Positions 9,991 through 19,556 of a DNA stretch of 64,000 bases are shown in pieces. The stretch spans positions 796 through 64,795 of the IMG/VR virus record IMGVR_UViG_3300013113_000858; one strand, given 5' to 3'. The translations under genes and the position numbers were made by a program. The notes below the pieces were generated by a model, which was not told the origin of the DNA, did not search any database, and saw only the letters and a list, made by a program, of their open reading frames with translations. This DNA is from a virus (Duplodnaviria; Caudoviricetes). Each line of letters opens with the position of its first letter. Positions within the stretch are counted from its first letter, which is position 1.

Positions 9991-10700
9991 TTTTAGATAA
10001 GAAGCAACAACTATATCATTATGGGTTCATAATGGGTCAATTTAAAGAAACAGAAAATCTTTCAAACCTTATGAGGCTTTGTGAGGAGATCCGCAATAAA
10101 GAGACTAAACCCGATTATAATCTTATAGAAAAATACCAAAATACCTTAGATCTTAAACCAAGCCCCATTGATTATGATGAATGCTTTTTAAGTGTCCTAA
10201 AAGAGAATAATATTGATAAAATATTTGAAGAGTGTACTGGGAATGACTTTTGTTTAAGTAATTTACAAGTCCGAACAGCATACCCAAATAAAGATGGCAA
10301 AGAATATAATTATATGCCCTGGCACAGAGATAACTATATCTATAAAGAACAGTCAGAAAAGCCCATTGGCCCGATGCCACCTGGTTTTAAGTTAAATTTT
10401 TATCCTGATTTAGACAATAAAGAGGATGAAGTTGTGGGATTGATACCAGGAAGCCACCTTCAGATTAGGTTTTCAAAAGAGGAAGATTACTCACAAAAAT
10501 TCTCTTACACACCAATCAGTTTTAAGAGTTCTAAAAATACATACATTATTTTTAATACATCCTTAATGCATGGTACACTACCCACAAAAAACAAGAGAGG
10601 AAATTTGAGAATATTATATAATTTTGTACAAAAAATTCATCTCCAATCAAAAGAAGCCGAAGAAATAAATAAAAAATACAAGGATTTTATAAATGAGTGA
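9987..10700 (+). CDS. Fe(II)/2-oxoglutarate dioxygenase (PhyH-like)
   Basis: WHRD (HxD), IPGSH, distal LMHGT and an Arg in NLRILY. Confidence 0.75.
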   Translation: MILDKKQQLYHYGFIMGQFKETENLSNLMRLCEEIRNKETKPDYNLIEKYQNTLDLKPSPIDYDECFLSVLKENNIDKIFEECTGNDFCLSNLQVRTAYPNKDGKEYNYMPWHRDNYIYKEQSEKPIGPMPPGFKLNFYPDLDNKEDEVVGLIPGSHLQIRFSKEEDYSQKFSYTPISFKSSKNTYIIFNTSLMHGTLPTKNKRGNLRILYNFVQKIHLQSKEAEEINKKYKDFINE

Positions 10701-11529
10701 AGCCATAGACGCCATCAATGAAGAAAGGTTAAAGAAAATCGAAGAAGAGATTCAAAGATTAGAGGGGGTGAAAAGTAGCAATAATTGGCTGGATGTTAGG
10801 AACATTGAAAACTACGAACTTCAAAATAATAATTACCCCTGGAATGGCGCAGACTCCCTAAAGATCCCAGAAGATAAATATCAATTGTATGTGGACCTTC
10901 AAGCATCAAGAGGATTAAGCACGGAGATATGCTCTAAGAATTCTATGAAGAGTTTCCTAGATCAGTACGTATCAGATATCAAGGAAGAGTTTGCAAAGGA
11001 TGTAAATAACCCAGACTTTGAAAGAGCTATTGAATTGTATAAAGTTTGCAATTGGAACAGGTTAGAAAACTTTGTTGAATTAGGGTTTAGAATCCCCAAG
11101 CTTTTAGAATATTATGCCAACGCTCATAAATTAAACCCTATTGGTTATGATGTGGTTGACTTAAACGTGATGCTTGGAAGTTATTTTGGATATGACACTA
11201 GAAAGTATGATCTAAATAAATGCGAGAATATGAAGTTGGATATACCACCGAATAGTTTAGTGGTTTCTTACCATAACTTGGAACACTTAACCAATCCCCT
11301 GAAGGCAATCCAAGCTGTCTACAATTCTTTAGAATCTGGCGGCTTGTTTCATGTGGAGGTTCCAATCGAAGCCGCCAACGAAACACCTGCATTGGAATTC
11401 GGACATCTATATTCTTTCAGAAACTATGAATTGTTAAACATGCTTAAAACGGTTGGCTTTAAGCTGATAAATATAACTATAAGAGGAAACCCGAGCGAAT
11501 CGTTCGAAAGGTATTTGGTGGAAAGATGA
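10693..11529 (+). CDS. SAM-dependent methyltransferase-like protein
   Basis: VELG, GYDV, HNLEHLTNP and LESGGLFHVEVP motifs. Confidence 0.7.
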   Translation: MSEAIDAINEERLKKIEEEIQRLEGVKSSNNWLDVRNIENYELQNNNYPWNGADSLKIPEDKYQLYVDLQASRGLSTEICSKNSMKSFLDQYVSDIKEEFAKDVNNPDFERAIELYKVCNWNRLENFVELGFRIPKLLEYYANAHKLNPIGYDVVDLNVMLGSYFGYDTRKYDLNKCENMKLDIPPNSLVVSYHNLEHLTNPLKAIQAVYNSLESGGLFHVEVPIEAANETPALEFGHLYSFRNYELLNMLKTVGFKLINITIRGNPSESFERYLVER

Positions 11530-12566
11530 TTAAAATAGGATTAATTGGTATTGGTAACAGGGCTTTAAATTTTAACCTTCCTGTTATTTCTAGTATGGAA
11601 GATAAATTTTCCGTCGCTGGATATACATCTAAAAGCGGAAGAGTCAATCTCGAATTAGAAGAAAAAACTGGAGCAAAAAATTTCTCTTCAATTGACACTT
11701 TGGCAGCTGAAGTGGATCTTTTGGTGGTATCCGTACCCGCTGAGGTAAGTCAGTTGCCCATTGATCAGGCAATTGAAACTAAAAAACCACTTCTTCTTGA
11801 AACACCGTTACATTTAGATCCAAATATTGCTTACGCACATTATCAAAAAATCAAAAAATACGGACAACCTGTGGGTATTATTGAACAATGGCCAGAGCTG
11901 CCCCTGGAACAATTCAAAAAAAAGTTTGTAAATTCTGAATTGTTTGGAAACCTCATTAGTGTTGAGAATGACTATCGAACATACGACTTTCATGGAACAG
12001 CACAAATTAGATCTTATTTGCGAGATTCTGAGGAGTTGGAGAGTGTCTACTCCCATTCAGCTCTTTCAAATAGTCCAAATTATTTAAATTTTGAAAACGA
12101 GATGAAGAATGGCCAAAATGATTTTTGGAGACACACAATAGCTAAATCCGAAAGTGGGGTATTGCTGATCAACAAATACACATCCCATTTTAAAAAGATG
12201 CAGTTTAGAGCGCCAAAAGCAATCCGACTATATGGAACAAGAGCCTCAGTGTTTGGAGGTTGCCTTTTGTCAGAAGACTGTGCCATCAAAGTATTGAATG
12301 AGGTGGGTGAGTCTAACGAGCTAGAGGTGAACAAAGAGTATGTGGATGGCGAAATTAAAAGCGTTTCAACCTCTATGGGTGATATGAAAATTTCTTGGGA
12401 AAACGAATACTTCGGCCATAACCTTAATGAACACCAGATTGGTGTTGCTCGACACTTTACTTCTATGTATGACAACTTAACAAACAATAAAAACATCATC
12501 TATGATGCAAATGATTTTATGGTTGATTTAATGTTTTGTTATGGTGTAAAAATGCCATCTAATTGA
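11526..12566 (+). CDS. Gfo/Idh/MocA-family NAD(P)-dependent oxidoreductase
   Basis: KIGLIGIGNRA Rossmann start; LLETP (EKP-like); DFHG. Confidence 0.8.
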   Translation: MIKIGLIGIGNRALNFNLPVISSMEDKFSVAGYTSKSGRVNLELEEKTGAKNFSSIDTLAAEVDLLVVSVPAEVSQLPIDQAIETKKPLLLETPLHLDPNIAYAHYQKIKKYGQPVGIIEQWPELPLEQFKKKFVNSELFGNLISVENDYRTYDFHGTAQIRSYLRDSEELESVYSHSALSNSPNYLNFENEMKNGQNDFWRHTIAKSESGVLLINKYTSHFKKMQFRAPKAIRLYGTRASVFGGCLLSEDCAIKVLNEVGESNELEVNKEYVDGEIKSVSTSMGDMKISWENEYFGHNLNEHQIGVARHFTSMYDNLTNNKNIIYDANDFMVDLMFCYGVKMPSN

Positions 12567-12567
12567 T

Positions 12568-12954
12568 ATGATTAAGGTTTGGGCAAATGGATGCTTTGAT
12601 GTTCTACATCGAGGCCACATTGAACTCTTCAGGTATGCAAAAAGCCTGGGAGATAAATTGGTAGTGGGAATAGACACTGATGAGAAAGTAAAAACAGACA
12701 AGGGGCCAACAAGACCATTTAATTGTTTAGAAGATCGAGTTTATTTGCTTGAGTCAATAAAATATATTGATGAAGTTCAAGTTTTCGGCAATAAAGAAGG
12801 GCTAGAATCATTGATTAGTTCATATAATCCAGATATCTTGGTAGTTGGTTCAGACTGGCGTGGAAAAGAAGTGGTTGGGCAACAATATGCAAAAACAGTA
12901 AAGTTTTTTGATAGGTTAGAAAAGTATTCTACAACAAAAATTTTGGATGGGTAA
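12568..12954 (+). CDS. hldC: Heptose-1-phosphate adenylyltransferase-like (RfaE/HldE domain II, standalone)
   Basis: NGCFDVLHRGH, KGPTRPFN, VGSDW and YSTT motifs; adjacent to the kinase and epimerase genes. Confidence 0.85.
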   Translation: MIKVWANGCFDVLHRGHIELFRYAKSLGDKLVVGIDTDEKVKTDKGPTRPFNCLEDRVYLLESIKYIDEVQVFGNKEGLESLISSYNPDILVVGSDWRGKEVVGQQYAKTVKFFDRLEKYSTTKILDG

Positions 12955-12957
12955 GAA

Positions 12958-13695
12958 ATGAAATTTTTAGTAATTGGAGACAGTTGTACAGATCGTTTTG
13001 TTTATGGTAGTTGTGACCGACTATGCCCCGAAGCACCAGTCCCAGTATTGAACCCAACACATGAGACAAAGAATGGTGGTATGGCGAAGAATGTTCAAAG
13101 AAACATAATTTCTCTTGGTGAGGATTGTCAAATTTTAACAAACCACAATGATATCATCAAAACTCGATATGTTGATAACAAAACTAACCAAATCTTATTA
13201 AGAGTTGATGAAAATGACAAGTGTGATAGTTTAAATAAGTTAGAATTATCTAAGCTCAAAAATTACGACGCGATTATAATTTCTGATTATAACAAGGGAT
13301 ATCTCTCAGAAGACACTATTAAGCACATCTGCGAAACTTATGAGAATGTTTTTATAGACACTAAGAAAAGAATGGGGGAGTGGATTAATTCTGCCTCTTT
13401 CATCAAGATAAACCAATATGAATACGAAAATAATAAAACTTATGTTGAGCAGAATTTAAATTTATTGAGTGATAAACTTATCATTACCTACGGAGACAAG
13501 GGGTGTTATTACAAGGGTAAAATGTACCCCCCACACAAGCACGTAGAGGTAAAAGATTTATCTGGAGCAGGAGATACATTCCTGGCATCTTTTGTGGTAC
13601 AATATATGAAAGAAAAGAAGACATTGGAAGCTATAGATTTTGCTCAAAAATGTTCTTCTGAAGTCGTTGGTAAAAAAGGGGTTGCAACAGTATAA
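12958..13695 (+). CDS. hldA: PfkB-family heptose-7-phosphate kinase-like (RfaE/HldE domain I, standalone)
   Basis: VIGDSCTD, RLCPEAPVPV, SDYNKG and DLSGAGDTF motifs. Confidence 0.85.
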   Translation: MKFLVIGDSCTDRFVYGSCDRLCPEAPVPVLNPTHETKNGGMAKNVQRNIISLGEDCQILTNHNDIIKTRYVDNKTNQILLRVDENDKCDSLNKLELSKLKNYDAIIISDYNKGYLSEDTIKHICETYENVFIDTKKRMGEWINSASFIKINQYEYENNKTYVEQNLNLLSDKLIITYGDKGCYYKGKMYPPHKHVEVKDLSGAGDTFLASFVVQYMKEKKTLEAIDFAQKCSSEVVGKKGVATV

Positions 13696-14558
13696 TGGGT
13701 TTGGGTGGTCATATGATGTGGACAGCAGTCGCAAGAGAGATTGTTGAAACATATAAAGAGCAGCATGGTGATTTTAAAATTTTACCAGTTTCTAATAATA
13801 CGCTTGTAAGGAGTGAAATATTCAAAAACAATCCTTATTTTACTTACAATCAAAAAGAGCCCCACTTTATAATGGATTTGTCAAACCCAGATACAAATTA
13901 TTGTATTAGAGAAGAGCCATACAGGGCAATTCATAGAAATGATAAACATGTTATAGAACAAGTATGTGAGTTTTATAAAATAGCAAACCCATCTCTAAAG
14001 TGTGAATTATACCTAACAGATGAAGAGAATGCAAAGGTCGATAATATATTGGAAGGTATTGGGGATTTTATAGCAATTGAACCACACGCTAAGAATAGCT
14101 ATACCGTAAATAAGGAATATTCATTCGAAAAATGGCAATCCGTAGTTGATTCACTAAAAGACGAAGTACAGTTTGTCCAAATCGGCGTTCCATCTAAGAA
14201 AACTTTAAAAAATGTAATAGATTTTACGGGAAAAACCTCGTACCGCGAGACTTACCGGGTAATTGAAAAGAGTTTATTATTTGTAGGAATTGAAGGAGGA
14301 TTGATGCACGTTGCAAATTCGTGCGGTAAGAAATCGGTGATCGTTGTCCCTGGATTTTTACATCCTGACACCTTTTGTTACCCAGAAAATATTAATATCC
14401 AGGTCTGCTCGTATTGTGAAAAAAATGGACCTTGCGGATACACTAGTAAAGTTTGCGACGATGGAAAAAATGAAGTAAAAAAACATAATGAAGATATCAT
14501 TGTTTCTTCTATAAGGGAGGTAATGAAAGAGAATGAAGGCATTAGTAACGGGTCATAA
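13695..14558 (+). CDS. GT9 (heptosyltransferase-like) glycosyltransferase
   Basis: KEYSFEKW, VQIG, IDFTGKTS and FVGIEGGLMHVA (D/ESGxMHxA) motifs; sits within the heptose genes. Confidence 0.75.
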   Translation: MGLGGHMMWTAVAREIVETYKEQHGDFKILPVSNNTLVRSEIFKNNPYFTYNQKEPHFIMDLSNPDTNYCIREEPYRAIHRNDKHVIEQVCEFYKIANPSLKCELYLTDEENAKVDNILEGIGDFIAIEPHAKNSYTVNKEYSFEKWQSVVDSLKDEVQFVQIGVPSKKTLKNVIDFTGKTSYRETYRVIEKSLLFVGIEGGLMHVANSCGKKSVIVVPGFLHPDTFCYPENINIQVCSYCEKNGPCGYTSKVCDDGKNEVKKHNEDIIVSSIREVMKENEGISNGS

Positions 14559-15324
14559 AGGTTTCATTGGCAGCAATGTTGTCAGTCGTTTAAGGGAATT
14601 GCAACATGAGTGTGTATGTTTTGACCAAGAAATATTAGAAGACGAGAGTCTTTTAGAAAAAGCAGTTAGCGAAGTCGATGTTGTCCTTCATATAGGAGCG
14701 ATATCTGACACTTCTTTACAAGATGAAGAACAGATGTTAAAACACAATTACCTTTTTAGTAAAAACTTGTTTAAGCTGTGTAAACAATATGATAAGAAGG
14801 TTATATATTCTTCATCAGCAGCAACATATGGCTCAACCGGAACACCTTCTAATATATATGGTTGGTCTAAACTCTTAGCAGAGGACATTGGGGCAGCAAT
14901 TTGTGATAAGTTTGTTTCTTTGAGGTATTTTAATGTTTATGGCCCCGGCGAAGAACATAAAGGAAAAATGGCTTCTGTAGCGTATCAATCTTGGAAGTCG
15001 AATGAAGTATTTAAGCTGTTTCCAAAAAAACCAAAAAGAGACTTTGTGTATGTAAAAGACATAGTTAGTGCCAACATCTCTGCAATTAATGCCCCTCCCG
15101 GTATTTATGAGGTCGGCAGTGGCGAGGCAAGAACATTTGAAGACGTTTTGGAAAATATGAAACTGGAGTATGAATACCACCCGGAGTCCAAGATACCTGA
15201 TTGGTATCAGTTTTATACAATGTCAAGTGAGAAAAATTGGATTCCATTTTGGAAACCGCAATATAATCTTGAGGCTGGAACAAAAGATTATTTGGAGTAT
15301 TTAAATGAAAAATCCCAAAGTTAG
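14533..15324 (+). CDS. hldD: ADP-L-glycero-D-manno-heptose 6-epimerase-like extended SDR
   Basis: TGHKGFIGS, HIGAISDT, YSSSAATYG, YGWSK, RYFNVYGPGEEHKGKMAS and RDFVYVKD motifs. Confidence 0.85.
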   Translation: MKALVTGHKGFIGSNVVSRLRELQHECVCFDQEILEDESLLEKAVSEVDVVLHIGAISDTSLQDEEQMLKHNYLFSKNLFKLCKQYDKKVIYSSSAATYGSTGTPSNIYGWSKLLAEDIGAAICDKFVSLRYFNVYGPGEEHKGKMASVAYQSWKSNEVFKLFPKKPKRDFVYVKDIVSANISAINAPPGIYEVGSGEARTFEDVLENMKLEYEYHPESKIPDWYQFYTMSSEKNWIPFWKPQYNLEAGTKDYLEYLNEKSQS

Positions 15325-16225
15325 TATTTTATCAAATTTTGTCAATGGACCATGGGGTGGTGGAAACCAATTCTTAAAAGCCTTGGCAACCCATTTACAC
15401 AATAAGGGAGTTTATACTCCGAATCTATTAGAAGCAGATATTGTAGTTGTTAACAGTAAAGATGAATTACAATATGTTGAAAGCCTTAAAAAAGAACATA
15501 ACAAAACTATTATTCACAGGGTTGATGGGGTGTTTAGTATTTATCGTGGACCAGAATGGTTGCACTTAGATCAACAAGTGTATTATTTTCTTAAAAACTT
15601 TGCTGATGGTGTGGTATATCAATCTAACTGGTCCAAAGTTCGACATAGGGATAACGGCTCGCCAAAGCACCCCAATGAATCTGTCATCTATAATGCTCCC
15701 GATTCGAGTATTTTTAATACAACCGATAAATCTCCAAGAAAAAACGGTGCAAAAACCAGATTAATAACAACCAGTTGGTCCCCAAATATGCGAAAAGGCT
15801 TTTCCACTATGCAATTTTTAGATGAAAACTTAGACTTTGATAGATATGAGTATGTTTTTGTAGGTCAAAGTCCTGTTAAATTTAAGAATATAGAGATGAT
15901 TGATGCGGTTCCATCAGAAAAGTTGGCAGAAATTATTAAAACGTGTGATATTTTTATAACCGCTTCTGAAAATGACACCTGCTCGAATTCTCTAATAGAA
16001 TCTATGAGTTGCGGACTGCCAGCAGTTGGATTGAATAGTGGTGGAACCCCAGAAATTATTAAAGAGGGCGGCAAAACTTTTACAGGGTGTGATGACATCT
16101 TGCAGGTAATTGATGATGTGTCAGAGAATTTACAAACTTACATAGATAAGATTTCAATTGAAACTTTTTCGGATATAGGAAAGCGATACTATAACTTTAT
16201 GAGGAAGGTTCATGGGGAAAAATAA
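15305..16225 (+). CDS. Glycosyltransferase, GT4-like
   Basis: GPWGGGNQF, HRVDG, RKG and DTCSNSLIESMSCGLP motifs. Confidence 0.83.
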   Translation: MKNPKVSILSNFVNGPWGGGNQFLKALATHLHNKGVYTPNLLEADIVVVNSKDELQYVESLKKEHNKTIIHRVDGVFSIYRGPEWLHLDQQVYYFLKNFADGVVYQSNWSKVRHRDNGSPKHPNESVIYNAPDSSIFNTTDKSPRKNGAKTRLITTSWSPNMRKGFSTMQFLDENLDFDRYEYVFVGQSPVKFKNIEMIDAVPSEKLAEIIKTCDIFITASENDTCSNSLIESMSCGLPAVGLNSGGTPEIIKEGGKTFTGCDDILQVIDDVSENLQTYIDKISIETFSDIGKRYYNFMRKVHGEK

Positions 16226-16934
16226 AATAAATATTAGTATAGATGATGTTTCTCCTCACCCACTTTCTTCTGTAAAGGTGTTGGATAGATGTTTTGAGCT
16301 TATTGAAGAATTTCCAGAAATAAAATTCACATTATTTATTCCATTTGCATACTGGAGAACATCATATGTTCCCGGCAGAGCCGATACAAGAAGCGAGAGA
16401 CCATTCGCACTACACAATTTCCCTGATTTTTGTAACACAATAAAGAGTTTACCTGCTAAAAACTTCGAGCTGGGTTATCACGGACTGTTCCATGGAATCC
16501 CAGGCCATTCAAACAATGATGAGTTTAAGCACTTGTCTTATGAAGATGCAGTAGAAACGCTAAAGAGAGTGAGAGAGGTCGAATCGAAATCAGGATTAGT
16601 GGGTAAATTTGCACCAATCTTTAGACCTCCGGCTTGGAAATTGTCTCCTGGTTCTTTTAAGGCTTGTAGTCAATTTGGAATTGAAATATTTGCTTTGTCT
16701 GAAGAAAAATATGCTTTGGATGTTTACAGTGGTGAACACCTGAATCACAAACATTTGTTTTTTGATTGTAGCCCCCCCAATTTTCCATTGCAGGTTAAAA
16801 AAACTAATGAAATCGTGTATCATGCATGTGAGTGGGACGTTAATTATTTAAACAAAGAAAAAACAAAAGATTTAAAAGACTTCATCTTATCACAAGGTGA
16901 GGTAAATTTTTGTTTTATGGAAGAGATGCTATAA
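16212..16934 (+). CDS. Polysaccharide deacetylase-like (CE4/DUF2334)
   Basis: ISIDDV, GYHGLFH and FRPPAW NodB-type motifs. Confidence 0.78.
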   Translation: MGKNKINISIDDVSPHPLSSVKVLDRCFELIEEFPEIKFTLFIPFAYWRTSYVPGRADTRSERPFALHNFPDFCNTIKSLPAKNFELGYHGLFHGIPGHSNNDEFKHLSYEDAVETLKRVREVESKSGLVGKFAPIFRPPAWKLSPGSFKACSQFGIEIFALSEEKYALDVYSGEHLNHKHLFFDCSPPNFPLQVKKTNEIVYHACEWDVNYLNKEKTKDLKDFILSQGEVNFCFMEEML

Positions 16935-17840
16935 ATGAATCATTTAGTAAAAACAGACATTTTTTTTGATCCTGATGTCTTGTATTTTTTAAAAAGTATA
17001 AGAGAATCAAGTGGGGAAAATTATTGGGAGGTCATTCAAGATGAGGAGAGTGGCCTGTGCTTTCTTTACGACCAAAGAAGGGGCTTGTATACCAATTATT
17101 ATAATTCACATCTAGTGGAAATGAGTGAATATGAAAAGATAAAAGATTTAAAAGAACGTATCATATCACTTAATCCTGCTGCGCAGGTCCAATTTCGAGT
17201 GTCATCAAATATTTTAGAAGAAGAGATAGATAAAGAACTAAAAGATAGCAGAAGAGAACTTGATTGGAGCAAAGAAGAAGATCCCGTGAACGTCATTGTG
17301 GGACTGGAAAACTTTTCATTAAAATCAATTAAGTCATCCAACCATAGGAAGAACATAAAAAAAGCCCAAAAGCTCGGCGTAAAATCAAAGTGCTATTACA
17401 GGGAACAAATTCCAGATCACATATTAAAAGAGTTTTATGACTGCTGTGTTACATCCCGGAAAAATATTGGAAAGAATTTTACACATAACCTTTCGTCTTT
17501 TTTAATCCGAGCCCAACTTTCTTTTATGGGTAAGGCAATCTTATGTAGGACAGAATACGAGGGTAAAGTATCTTATGTTTATGCCCTAGTCAGCGAAAAC
17601 AATGCTCTTTATTATGATTCCGGTTATAATAAGAAAGAAGATATCTTTACCGGACACTTCGCACAGTACAAGATTATGCAAAAAATTAAGTCACTTGGCG
17701 GGAAGTTTTATTCAATGGGGATTTTACCAGATAAGAAAAAGTATGAAATCGAGACCTTGGGTTCTGGAAAAACCACAGGTATGGAATACTATAAATATGG
17801 ATTTAGTAAACACTCCATTAAAGAATATATTGTGAGATAA
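16935..17840 (+). CDS. FemAB-like/GNAT acyl- or aminoacyl-transferase
   Basis: HRKNIKKAQKLGV, AQYKIMQKIKSLGGKFYSMG and GMEYYKYGF match the FemABX/GNAT C-terminal pattern. Confidence 0.6.
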   Translation: MNHLVKTDIFFDPDVLYFLKSIRESSGENYWEVIQDEESGLCFLYDQRRGLYTNYYNSHLVEMSEYEKIKDLKERIISLNPAAQVQFRVSSNILEEEIDKELKDSRRELDWSKEEDPVNVIVGLENFSLKSIKSSNHRKNIKKAQKLGVKSKCYYREQIPDHILKEFYDCCVTSRKNIGKNFTHNLSSFLIRAQLSFMGKAILCRTEYEGKVSYVYALVSENNALYYDSGYNKKEDIFTGHFAQYKIMQKIKSLGGKFYSMGILPDKKKYEIETLGSGKTTGMEYYKYGFSKHSIKEYIVR

Positions 17841-17844
17841 GATT

Positions 17845-18465
17845 ATGGGTAGTTCCAATAGGGTATTGTATGATAGTTTGTATTACCCAAACATAAAACC
17901 AGAAGGCGAAACCGCGCTGTTGGGTTTTCCAGATAATTCGGCTTTTAATGGTGATACTTTCGACCTATCTCTAGGTAATTGGGAGATTAATTCTGATTGG
18001 TCGTTAGGTAAAAAATATGATACCATCATATGTTTAAGAACAGCCTATTTCGCCAAAAACCCAGCCAAGTTTTTACAAAAATGTAGCGATCACTTAAATC
18101 CAAATGGGGTTGTGTATATTGATTGGGGTTTGGGAAATCACTGGAGGTATGATAATTATAAAATAGGCTGGGTCAAAGACGGGGAACATGAAGCAGCATA
18201 TTCAGATGATAATTATTTGTGGTCAACGGTTTGGGATTCGTCTTTAAAGAGTGATGGCTCCTTCCAAGCATTTGTTTTTATGTCTTCCAGGTTTGGGTAT
18301 GATATGGAAAATATTTTACAAGTTATTTACAAAGAAGTTCCTAGTGTGTTAAACTTTGCACAAGTTAAAAAAATTTTTGATGTTGAGATGTCTGATGCTA
18401 TAACATTAGAGCTTCCCCAAGGCCCATCTTATTATTTGTTTTTGAAATTGAGGAAAAAAAACTAG
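17845..18465 (+). CDS. Methyltransferase-like protein (divergent)
   Basis: KYDTIICLR and HLNPNGVVYID motifs; motif I is degenerate. Confidence 0.5.
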   Translation: MGSSNRVLYDSLYYPNIKPEGETALLGFPDNSAFNGDTFDLSLGNWEINSDWSLGKKYDTIICLRTAYFAKNPAKFLQKCSDHLNPNGVVYIDWGLGNHWRYDNYKIGWVKDGEHEAAYSDDNYLWSTVWDSSLKSDGSFQAFVFMSSRFGYDMENILQVIYKEVPSVLNFAQVKKIFDVEMSDAITLELPQGPSYYLFLKLRKKN

Positions 18466-18466
18466 T

Positions 18467-19516
18467 ATGTCCAAGAAAATCGGTTTTCTGGTGGACACTA
18501 TGACGGATTTCCGTTATTTTACTCCGCTAATAATGCAAATCAACTCTTTAAATGAGGGTCATGAATTCTTTCTAGATCTTTCTGCAAATCGTAGAAAGTA
18601 TAATGGCCTAGAAACAAACTCAAATATTAAAAATTGGATTATAGAGAATTTTTTAAATTATTGTACCGTTACTGATTCGAAAGTAGATTGCGATATTATG
18701 TTCTCAATTGAAGCAGTTCAATCAGTTTATGAACGAACCAACTCAAATGATGGGCATAGTTTTAATTATAAAAAGCATTATGCTATTCAACATGGTTTTG
18801 ACTGGATTAGAAGTAAATGGAATCTGGGTTATGCTTCTCCCGAATATAAAAAAGGTAGAGATTATAGCAAGACTTGTTATATGGCACATGATGAATTATA
18901 TGCAAATAGTATTAGAGAGTATGGAACTCCTACGGTTTGCCCACCAATCCCAGTAACTTCTTGGAATCTTTTACAACAATTGGATTATGCAAAGAGTTTA
19001 TCAAATTATAACCCTGAACTCCTAAAACCTTCATATTTTAATGATGATAAATTAGCCGTTGTCTTCTGGCCAGAAGCAAATTCTGACCAAAATGCCGCCG
19101 CAGAGCAGATAATAGATTGTCTATTTCAAAATGGATACAGAGTAGTCATTAAACAAAGGCGAAAACACCAAAATATACCTGCAAAATATAAAGAAATTGG
19201 ATTTTATGATGACGTTTGGTTCCCATCAGAATCAATCTTTTTTCCTCACTTAGCCAACGTTTGTATAGGGTTTGACACATCTGCATATGTTGATTTAGTT
19301 CCTGTAGGGGTAAATTTTATAGATAACTGTAAAACAGATATTGCCAAAACATATATCCGCCCAATCGAAAGAGAAAATTTCTACTTGATAGAGCATAGCT
19401 GGAAGGAAAACACAATAAACCTTATTAATACTAAAAAGTTTGAAAAACCTAAATTTAACGATCAGGATTACCTTTTTCGAATTAACAGTTTCCTAAAGAC
19501 AATTTTAGAAGTTTAG
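18467..19516 (+). CDS. Hypothetical protein, possible GT-B transferase for a CMP/CDP-activated donor
   Basis: AIQHG, VVIKQR and GFDTSA segments recall TagF/sialyltransferase-like folds; directly upstream of the nonulosonate genes. Confidence 0.4.
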   Translation: MSKKIGFLVDTMTDFRYFTPLIMQINSLNEGHEFFLDLSANRRKYNGLETNSNIKNWIIENFLNYCTVTDSKVDCDIMFSIEAVQSVYERTNSNDGHSFNYKKHYAIQHGFDWIRSKWNLGYASPEYKKGRDYSKTCYMAHDELYANSIREYGTPTVCPPIPVTSWNLLQQLDYAKSLSNYNPELLKPSYFNDDKLAVVFWPEANSDQNAAAEQIIDCLFQNGYRVVIKQRRKHQNIPAKYKEIGFYDDVWFPSESIFFPHLANVCIGFDTSAYVDLVPVGVNFIDNCKTDIAKTYIRPIERENFYLIEHSWKENTINLINTKKFEKPKFNDQDYLFRINSFLKTILEV

Positions 19517-19518
19517 AC

Positions 19519-19547
19519 TTGATTCTTATTTTTGACTATGTTATAAT
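19519..19547 (+). promoter_or_regulatory. Sigma70-type promoter
   Basis: TTGATT (19519-19524), 17 bp, TGtTATAAT (TATAAT 19542-19547), in the intergenic gap before the radical SAM gene. Confidence 0.65.
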
Positions 19548-19556
19548 TGCTATAAT

